Assembly: GCA_003962975.1 (NCBI GenBank)
Contig: RXKC01000003.1
Span: forward strand, 156,381 to 220,380
Reading direction: 5' to 3'
Source of the DNA: Candidatus Saccharimonadota bacterium
GTDB lineage: Bacteria; Patescibacteriota; Saccharimonadia; Saccharimonadales; AWTP1-31
Length of the DNA stretch: 64,000 bases
Shown: piece by piece, positions 57,198 to 64,000 of the stretch
Layout: each line of letters opens with the position of its first letter
Position numbering within the stretch: position 1 is the first letter of the stretch
Translations under genes and position numbers: made by a program
Notes under the pieces: generated by a model
The model's input: only the letters and a program-made list of their open reading frames with translations
The model's database searches: none
Told to the model about the DNA's origin: nothing

Positions 57198-58439
57198 ATG
57201 CGAAAATCAACATTTATATTTATCATCCTTAGCGGTCTCGCATCTCTCTGCAACTATGTTGTGTATCCTATTTTGGCACGCATACTTTCTCCCAATGAGT
57301 TTGTGGATATTTCCGTAGCGTTAGCTCTGTTTACTCAGTTATCGTCATTCATGCTCTCTATTGTCGCGCTTACAATCGGGCTATCTAAGCAAGAGGGAGA
57401 ACAGACGGCTCGCAAGGTCGTAGAGAAACTTCAAGCAATCTTAACTCATCTATTTGTGGTTATTATAATTGTATTCCTCGCTTCTTCACCACTATTCCTG
57501 GATCGGCTTCACATGCCCGCAACCTTACTCGCACCAATCAGCATCATGCTCGGCCTATCCATATCAATGTCGGTTATATCGGGATACTTAAACGGCAAAC
57601 AGAAGCTAGAAAAACTTGGGCTCTCTATCGTGTTCTCGGCTCTGATGCAACTACTGTTTAGCGTTGCAGCCGCAGTAATTACAAAGAGCGGTGCCGTCAC
57701 GCTTGCAGCCATGGCGTTCGGCTCTTTTGTAGCCATCGCACTCACATACCGCGTGTATCAATCGGAGCACCTGCCAAGACCAAGCTCCGTGTTCGAACAT
57801 GGACCAAGCCTATACCGTTCGAAGGAAGTTCGTAGTCTCGTTACATTTACCATTGCCTCATCAATAGCAACTCTTATCATGAACCTTCTGCTCATCGCCG
57901 ACCTTTTGATAATCAGCAGTCGGCAAATCGATGCAAAGATATACACCGATATGTATGTGATTAGTCGTGCCGTCTTCTTTGCTGGAATGCTTTTCGTCTG
58001 GCCATTTTTATCAAACATCGACGTTATGCATCCATCGCGTATAACCCGTTTATTTGCACGGTTAGTAGCACTTTTCATTGCTCTTTCAGGAGGAGCGATC
58101 GCTATTATGTCCATGTTTGGTAACGATGTGCTACACATTTTGCTAGGATCAAACTATAGCCAACGTACCGATCTACAAACCATGGCCATACTTGCTATTA
58201 CCTATAAATTATTATTCTTGATTATCTCCACGCTCACCCTCTTCTTTATCGTTGTCCGTAGCTACTGGGCCGTATATTTACCAATCATACTTACTTGCTT
58301 TTCTGCAATCGCATTGTGGTTCGCAGGCCCTCAGTCTTCAACACTCGAATTAGTTACTAGCCTTAATGTTGCAAGCATAGCTGCTGTAGTACTTGGATTT
58401 GTAGGCTTCTTCCTTGTGGGAAAAAAATCAAAACGCTGA
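57198..58439 (+). CDS. Wzx-like oligosaccharide flippase (MOP/PST family)
   Basis: 413 aa with about 12 TM segments and a PST-type N-terminus (LASLCNYVVYPILARILSPNEF). Confidence 0.7.
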   Translation: MRKSTFIFIILSGLASLCNYVVYPILARILSPNEFVDISVALALFTQLSSFMLSIVALTIGLSKQEGEQTARKVVEKLQAILTHLFVVIIIVFLASSPLFLDRLHMPATLLAPISIMLGLSISMSVISGYLNGKQKLEKLGLSIVFSALMQLLFSVAAAVITKSGAVTLAAMAFGSFVAIALTYRVYQSEHLPRPSSVFEHGPSLYRSKEVRSLVTFTIASSIATLIMNLLLIADLLIISSRQIDAKIYTDMYVISRAVFFAGMLFVWPFLSNIDVMHPSRITRLFARLVALFIALSGGAIAIMSMFGNDVLHILLGSNYSQRTDLQTMAILAITYKLLFLIISTLTLFFIVVRSYWAVYLPIILTCFSAIALWFAGPQSSTLELVTSLNVASIAAVVLGFVGFFLVGKKSKR

Positions 58440-58440
58440 G

Positions 58441-59655
58441 TTAGGCTTTGTGCTTCAATTCTTTAGTAACAAGATCCGACAATGCTTTAGCATGATTGTC
58501 CCAAGAATAGTTAGCAACTACTTTTTGCCATGCCCTTTCGCCCATGGATGCGGCGGTATCAGGTTTTGCGAGTAGCTTACGCAAGAGAGGCACTATGGCC
58601 GCAGTATCTTTTTCTTTTGTATAATAACCATCCTTGCCATCTTCAAATAACTTGCATACACCTTGTCCTTTAGGAATAACGAACGTTGTAGCGTGGCCAG
58701 CTGCTTCAAGCGCCGGCATGCCAAATCCTCGATCATCATTGCTTTGCAGCACTACTGCCGCTCGTGCATAGTAATCACTTAGTTGAGCTTCTGTTACTTC
58801 ACCGACAATATTGATCTGCTTGCCCGCTTTCGCCTGCTTTACGCTTGCCAAAAACTCTTTGTAGTAGCTTTTTTCTAGCCACTTGCCAACCATTTCGATG
58901 CGAATTTCTGGCATCGCCTTTACGAGCTCCAATAGGTAGTCGGGATGTTTGCCACGCTTCCACGCGGTGGCCATAAGCACATAGCTCTTTTTCTTTTTCT
59001 GCTTTTTAATTGGATGAACCGAGGGATATATAGTTACAATTTTTTTTCCAGGACTCGCTTGGCGTATGAATTTGTTATGTGCTGGCCCGCCCACTAATAC
59101 CGCGTCCATATTACGGATCAGAAATGCATCCAAGGTTTTTGCCACAGCGATGAGTACCTTAATAATAGGTGCGAGGGTTTTTGCTTTATAGACGCGCTCG
59201 AGGATGTAGGATGCAGGATCCCAAATAAAACCCGAGAAATGTATGCCACGGGTTTTCTTTAAAGCCACAGCAGTCAAACACGTGTAGGTACCGTGAACAA
59301 TAAGATAGTCAAACTCTTTACGTTTGACTACGAATGGCAGCACAAAAGGATATGTTACATGGAAGCTGGAAAAAAAGCTGAACAATGGAAACTGAAATGA
59401 GTAGCGAAAAAATTTAGGCAGGCGTCGATCAAGATATATGATCGGCAGACCTTTTCGCAGGTCTTTAAATGCGTTAGGTACTACTGCCTTTTCTCTGAGC
59501 ACAACCAAGTGAGCATCTTCACCATTTTTTCGCAGCGCTTTGACTTGCTCAATAGCAATCTTCTCGACACCACCAACATTAAGTCGGTCAATAACAACAC
59601 CGATTTTGCGAGGTGATTTAGCTGGTGAAGATATTGATGATTTCTTGCTTCTCAC
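58441..59655 (-). CDS. glycosyltransferase family 4 (GT-B)
   Basis: 404 aa. IGVVIDRLNVGGVEK N-terminus and GFGMPALEAAGH C-terminal motif. 38-nt overlap with the upstream gene if ATG 59655 is the true start. Confidence 0.75.
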   Translation of the reverse strand: MRSKKSSISSPAKSPRKIGVVIDRLNVGGVEKIAIEQVKALRKNGEDAHLVVLREKAVVPNAFKDLRKGLPIIYLDRRLPKFFRYSFQFPLFSFFSSFHVTYPFVLPFVVKRKEFDYLIVHGTYTCLTAVALKKTRGIHFSGFIWDPASYILERVYKAKTLAPIIKVLIAVAKTLDAFLIRNMDAVLVGGPAHNKFIRQASPGKKIVTIYPSVHPIKKQKKKKSYVLMATAWKRGKHPDYLLELVKAMPEIRIEMVGKWLEKSYYKEFLASVKQAKAGKQINIVGEVTEAQLSDYYARAAVVLQSNDDRGFGMPALEAAGHATTFVIPKGQGVCKLFEDGKDGYYTKEKDTAAIVPLLRKLLAKPDTAASMGERAWQKVVANYSWDNHAKALSDLVTKELKHKA

Positions 59656-60796
59656 GGTTCGTTAGTTCTGGGTTATTGCCAAAATACAGACCTTGTTCAT
59701 GAATAAGGCCGGCGTTTGAATCCTTGAGCAATAGTCGTTTTTCATGTTTCGTAAAGAATGGCTGCTTGGTCATATCGCCACCAACAATTGGTCGCAACTC
59801 GACCTTACCATTGCACTTAGCGACCAACTCGTCGCGAATCTTCTTTGTCCTACACACAACAGGAAATGCAAAGTTCGAAATAAAGTCGATGTGATCGTAA
59901 CGAACAGGATAAAAACGGTCTGTCTGACTGTAAATTTTCTCAGCAATATCGAGGAAAGTATTTTGCCGTGTTTCAGTAATCTCTTTTAGATACGGTATCT
60001 GCGTATTGCCAATGAAACCGTTTATTTCTGTTGGGCGTAGATTATAACCCAAATCATAAAAGGTATAGCGTGAATAGAAGGTACTGTTAACTTTGTGCTT
60101 GTCGCGAATTTTCTTCTGCTGCTGATCGGCCAAGTTACGATCCCAGCCATGCGCGCGCACAAGTCGCAGCATAGTAGCCAAGTTTTCGTCGTCGGTACAA
60201 ATTGCCCCGCCCTCAATCGTCGACATATGATGCCCAACATAGAAAGAGAAAGTACTGGCAAGCCCAAAGTTACCTAATTTTTTGCCGCGATACACAGTGC
60301 CTAATGACTCACAGTTATCTTCGATCAGGATGATGTCTTCTTGCTGACAGACATATCGAATCTCTTCAATGTCATCACAAAAACCAAGTAAGTTTGTAAT
60401 AAACAGGGCACGAATTTCGTGCCGACGTAGCGTTTTACGAAGCATGGTGCTTGAAACATTTAATGTGTCGAGCTCCACATCAATAGGAACAGCCTGAAGG
60501 CCAAGCTGCATAACTGGCATCACATTCGTAGACCATGTGAGCGCCGATACGCCAACCTTATCACCATGCTTGAGCTTACCTGAATTAAGCAAGGATTGAA
60601 TGACCGCTAGATTGGCAGAACTACCACTATTCACAAAAACGCAGTGCTGACGACCTTGCCACTTCGCAAACTGTTTCTCAAACTTCTCGCACTCTGGACC
60701 AAAGCTGAGCATTTCAGCAGACTGCAAGAACTCGACTAATTTTTGTTTGGTATCTGCCTCGTTATGAAAAGTGGACTTTATAAGTTTGATCATCAT
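59618..60796 (-). CDS. colD: ColD-like PLP/PMP-dependent sugar 3-dehydratase (GDP-4-keto-6-deoxy-D-mannose 3-dehydratase family; DegT/DnrJ fold)
   Basis: 392 aa. SGSSANL, DIILIEDNCESLG, STFSFYVGHHMSTIEGG (His-His where aminotransferases carry the Schiff-base Lys), VRAHGWDRNL and ELRPIVGG all parallel ColD as I recall it. An alternative start is the second ATG at 60793. Confidence 0.75.
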   Translation of the reverse strand: MMIKLIKSTFHNEADTKQKLVEFLQSAEMLSFGPECEKFEKQFAKWQGRQHCVFVNSGSSANLAVIQSLLNSGKLKHGDKVGVSALTWSTNVMPVMQLGLQAVPIDVELDTLNVSSTMLRKTLRRHEIRALFITNLLGFCDDIEEIRYVCQQEDIILIEDNCESLGTVYRGKKLGNFGLASTFSFYVGHHMSTIEGGAICTDDENLATMLRLVRAHGWDRNLADQQQKKIRDKHKVNSTFYSRYTFYDLGYNLRPTEINGFIGNTQIPYLKEITETRQNTFLDIAEKIYSQTDRFYPVRYDHIDFISNFAFPVVCRTKKIRDELVAKCNGKVELRPIVGGDMTKQPFFTKHEKRLLLKDSNAGLIHEQGLYFGNNPELTNREKQEIINIFTS

Positions 60797-60885
60797 TTGA
60801 AGTATAAAGGCGTCCTAAGCATTTACAAAACATATTCACTAAATTCACAACAGTATATAATAAGGCTAATGGAGGCGAGCCCGGT

Positions 60886-61842
60886 ATGACAAAAAAGAGC
60901 CCAATAAATAAAACCATATCCGTTATTATTCCGGTTTTTAATGAACAAGAAAACCTGGCCTGGTTACACGATAAAGTTGCTAAATACTTAGCTGATCGTG
61001 ATCTAGATTTTGAAATTATTTTTGTTGATGATGGCAGTAATGACGGTTCATTGGCTGCCATGAAGCAACTACACACCCAAAATCCAAAAACCGTCCGCTA
61101 CCTCGCGCTGTCACGTAATTTCGGCAAGGAAGCCGCGACCAGTGCCGGCCTTTCTGCCGTAAAGAATGATGCTGCAATTATTATGGATGCTGACGGGCAA
61201 CACCCAGTTGAACTCATAGATACATTCCTAGAACTATGGCACGCAGGCAATGATGTAGTCGTCGGTATTCGTACCAGCAATATCAACGAAGGCTTTGTAA
61301 AGAAATATGGCTCAAAACTTTTCTATGCAATGCTAAAAGTCATCGGCGGCAAGACAGCCGTAGCAGGTACGACCGACTTTCGCCTCATTGATAGAAAGGT
61401 TATCGACTCATTCAATCAACTAACTGAGCGCAACCGCGTAACCCGAAACTTGATTGATTGGCTTGGATATCAACGAGTCGAAGTTCCTTTTGAGGCTGCC
61501 GAACGTCATGCCGGCCAGGCGGCCTATTCGTTTCAAAAGCTTTTAAAGTTGGCCCTGAACGGCATAGTTTCACATTCAACTCGGCCTTTAAAAGTAATCG
61601 CGCTCCTTGGTTTGCTGATCTCTACGCTTTCGGCAATTTTGGGCGTTGTCCTTGCTGCCCAAAAATACATCTTTGGCGACCCACTCGGATTGTCAGTTAC
61701 CGGCAGCGCACTGCTTGCACTTTTTGTCACATTTCTAGTTGGCATCGTACTGGTTTGTCAGGGACTATTGGCTCTGTATATCGAGAGTGTCTACTACGAA
61801 ACGCAGAATCGACCGCTCTATCTTATTAAAGAAAGTAGCTAG
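60886..61842 (+). CDS. GT2 polyprenyl-phosphate glycosyltransferase (GtrB / CsbB / DPM1-like)
   Basis: 318 aa. VIIPVFNEQENL...IFVDDGSNDGS...SRNFGKEAA...DADGQHP plus two C-terminal TM segments. GGAGG SD upstream. Confidence 0.85.
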   Translation: MTKKSPINKTISVIIPVFNEQENLAWLHDKVAKYLADRDLDFEIIFVDDGSNDGSLAAMKQLHTQNPKTVRYLALSRNFGKEAATSAGLSAVKNDAAIIMDADGQHPVELIDTFLELWHAGNDVVVGIRTSNINEGFVKKYGSKLFYAMLKVIGGKTAVAGTTDFRLIDRKVIDSFNQLTERNRVTRNLIDWLGYQRVEVPFEAAERHAGQAAYSFQKLLKLALNGIVSHSTRPLKVIALLGLLISTLSAILGVVLAAQKYIFGDPLGLSVTGSALLALFVTFLVGIVLVCQGLLALYIESVYYETQNRPLYLIKESS

Positions 61843-62954
61843 TGCGCATTACGTGGCTGTCATGGAAAGACATTAATCACCCTGAGGCTGGTGGTGCTGA
61901 GCGTGTTTCCGACGAAATTCGAATACGACTTGCTGAAAGTGGTCATGAAGTAACACTTATAACCGCTCGTTATATAGACGCAAAACCCGAAGAGAATGTA
62001 CGTGGCGTTCGTGTACTAAGGGCTGGTAATCGCTATAGCGTGTATTCGAAAGCACGCGGACTCTTCCGCTCACTCCCGGAACAAGATCTCGTTATAGATG
62101 AGATGAATACGGTTCCATTTTTCGCAAGTTTTTATCGTAGCAAGGCGCCAACCATACTGCTCACTTACCAGCTGGCACGCCAGGTGTGGTTTTATCAAAT
62201 GGCCTTTCCCTTTTCATACATTGGGTATTGGCTTGAGCCGATTTATTTACGTTTGCTGTCACGTCGCTATAAACACGTACTTACTGAATCAGAGAGTACC
62301 AAAAAAGATCTTGCAAAGTACGGCTATGCTAAAAGTTCAGTGAGCGTCTTTCGTGTGGGCATGGATACACCACGCCCAGCCAGCCTACCCACCCACCGGA
62401 TCGGCTACACAGTAATATTTCTAGGTGCGTTTCGCCCAATGAAAAGACCACTCGATGCCATTATCGCCTTTGAAAAAGCAAGAGACCTGCAGCCTAAACT
62501 TACGCTTGTAATGGCCGGCAGCACCAATGGGACATATGCCCAGAAAGTCCTGGAGTATGTAAAGAGCTCGCGCCATAGTGAAGCAATCGACATAAAAGGA
62601 CGTGTAAGCGAAGAGCAAAAGATCAGCCTACTCAAAAAAGCAGACCTAATACTCGTAACATCTATCAAGGAAGGGTGGGGTCTGATCGTTACGGAGGCCA
62701 ACAGCCAAGGCACTCCCGGTGTTGTATACGATACAGACGGCTTGCGAGATAGCGTGGTTGCCGACAAAACTGGATTAGTCGTACCTTCTGGCGACACGAG
62801 CGCCATGGCCAGCGCAATAACACGTATCCTGACTAACACAAAGAGTTACCAAGAACTTCGTCAAACCGCCTTTACGCATTCAGCGCAGTTCACCTACACT
62901 CAGTCCTACAAAGACTTTACCTCTATTTTAGCCAAGGCAGGTCTGCTGAAGTAA
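61842..62954 (+). CDS. glycosyltransferase family 4 (GT-B)
   Basis: 370 aa. EGWGLIVTEANSQGTPGVVYD motif. GTG start overlaps the upstream stop by 1 nt. Confidence 0.78.
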   Translation: MRITWLSWKDINHPEAGGAERVSDEIRIRLAESGHEVTLITARYIDAKPEENVRGVRVLRAGNRYSVYSKARGLFRSLPEQDLVIDEMNTVPFFASFYRSKAPTILLTYQLARQVWFYQMAFPFSYIGYWLEPIYLRLLSRRYKHVLTESESTKKDLAKYGYAKSSVSVFRVGMDTPRPASLPTHRIGYTVIFLGAFRPMKRPLDAIIAFEKARDLQPKLTLVMAGSTNGTYAQKVLEYVKSSRHSEAIDIKGRVSEEQKISLLKKADLILVTSIKEGWGLIVTEANSQGTPGVVYDTDGLRDSVVADKTGLVVPSGDTSAMASAITRILTNTKSYQELRQTAFTHSAQFTYTQSYKDFTSILAKAGLLK

Positions 62955-62984
62955 CCTCGTAGAGTTTTGCTATAATAATGAACA

Positions 62985-64000
62985 ATGGCTAGTAGCACTA
63001 AGACAAAAATATTCATCGACAGCGAAGTTATTTGTCTCGAACACTTTAGCGGCATCGGACACTATACTGCCGCCCTCCTGAAGCAAGTCGACAAGCTTTT
63101 GGACAAGCCCGAATATGCACACTACGAAGTTACTCTTGGCGTACCATGGCGCATTGGCTACCGTATAAAGCGTTTTGGATTTAGAAACTTTCGTATCGTA
63201 CGCATGCCAATTGGTCCACGTGTCGCAAACAAGTTAAAAATGTATGGCGTCTTGCCCCCAATCGACTTACTGTACGGCAAACAGACCTATGTATTCCCAC
63301 ATTTCAGTAGCTGGCCAACAATGGGCAGCCCCAGCGTTCCTGTCATATATGACCTATCTTTTGTGCTACATCCTGAGTTCTCGGCCGATCTCAATACTCG
63401 CTTTCTTGTAAAGCAAACGAAGCTTGCCGCCGGGCGAGCAACAAAAGTCATTACTATCTCGACGAACAGTAAGAAAGAAATTGCCGATCACTACAAAGTT
63501 AAGTCCGAGGATATCTCTATTGTGTATCCCATCATCGACAAACATTCTTTCTACCCACGATCTGCTTCTGAGATCAAAACCGTCCGCGCTAAATATAGCG
63601 TCTTCGGAAAGTACATTCTGTTTGTAGGTAACATCGAGCCTCGAAAGAACTTAGCCACACTGCTTCGCGCCTATGCCATGCTTGATGCGAAACAATTGCA
63701 AGATTATTCCCTTTTGCTCGTGGGCGCAAAGGGCTGGAAGGATGGCGAGATTCACGAGCTCATCACTGCTCTGCAGAGCAAAGGACTAAAGGTTGTTCAA
63801 CCAAATGGCTATGTGACAGACGATGACATGCCGTCATTGCTAAGCGGCGCCAGCATCTTTACCTATGTTAGTCGCTATGAAGGATTTGGTATTCCACCTG
63901 TTGAGGCAATGTTCTGTGGAACTCCAGTGATTTCGAGCGACAACTCTTCGCTGCCTGAGGCTGTTGGTTCTGGTGCGATGTTGGTTGACGCCAATGATAC
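62985..64000 (+). CDS. glycosyltransferase family 4 (GT-B), N-terminal ~338 aa; runs off the right edge
   Basis: Absent from the ORF track (open to the window edge). My own translation from ATG 62985 reads MASSTKTKIFIDSEVICLEHFSGIGHYTAALL...ILFVGNIEPRKN...SRYEGFGIPPVEAMFCGTPVISS with no stop. TGcTATAAT lies 8 nt upstream. Confidence 0.8.
   Translation, partial: MASSTKTKIFIDSEVICLEHFSGIGHYTAALLKQVDKLLDKPEYAHYEVTLGVPWRIGYRIKRFGFRNFRIVRMPIGPRVANKLKMYGVLPPIDLLYGKQTYVFPHFSSWPTMGSPSVPVIYDLSFVLHPEFSADLNTRFLVKQTKLAAGRATKVITISTNSKKEIADHYKVKSEDISIVYPIIDKHSFYPRSASEIKTVRAKYSVFGKYILFVGNIEPRKNLATLLRAYAMLDAKQLQDYSLLLVGAKGWKDGEIHELITALQSKGLKVVQPNGYVTDDDMPSLLSGASIFTYVSRYEGFGIPPVEAMFCGTPVISSDNSSLPEAVGSGAMLVDAND

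Noticed and set aside
1-64000. Mobile elements, prophage, defence islands and tRNA or rRNA genes.
   Set aside because: No transposase, integrase or recombinase-like ORFs, terminal inverted repeats or tRNA-like T-arm sequences were seen in any intergenic gap. The accessory-looking content is confined to the glycan locus.

Overview
This is a compact, gene-dense bacterial chromosomal window with about 60 CDS, many overlapping their neighbours by 1-8 nt. I found no rRNA, tRNA, CRISPR array, transposase or integrase.

**Left third (1-16.7 kb).** De novo purine genes (purK, purC-purB, purH-purF, purD, purN) are interleaved with folD and an oxidative pentose-phosphate operon (pgl-gnd-zwf). Also here are a TrmB-type regulator, an HD-domain protein and a secreted beta-helix protein with an LAxTG-like sorting signal.

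**Middle (16.7-35 kb).** This part holds orphan hypothetical proteins, a second TrmB paralog and two tandem lipoproteins. It also holds an MFS transporter, a second HD-domain protein, an archaeal-type AspRS, a CNNM/CBS transporter and DsbA-like and CapA-like proteins. A Kef-type antiporter, nadD, uppP and a LexA-DNA-binding-domain-only protein complete it.

**Right ~29 kb (35.2-64 kb).** This is a cell-envelope glycopolymer locus. It encodes GtrA, an LCP ligase, a polyprenyl-phosphate glycosylphosphotransferase, five GT4 and two GT2 enzymes, a Wzx-like flippase and two large GT-C-like membrane paralogs. It also carries a GDP-mannose module, rfbBCDA, ugd plus UDP-xylose synthase, and a ColD-like 3-dehydratase.

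**Likely source.** The gene content and packing resemble a small Gram-positive-type genome, possibly Saccharibacteria/CPR-like. That is inference only.

**Most interesting observations:**
- A cobalamin-riboswitch-like element sits in front of an operon of uncharacterised proteins.
- Near-consensus -10 boxes lie 6-9 nt upstream of many start codons, suggesting widespread leaderless mRNAs. One case is a 23-bp divergent intergenic region built around a perfect 14-bp palindrome.
- A long leader whose 8-nt anti-SD can sequester the ribosome-binding site of a tandem lipoprotein operon.
- A dispersed GtrA / GtrB-like / GT-C three-component glycosylation set.
- A 3 x 408 bp intragenic tandem repeat containing stretches that are identical between copies.
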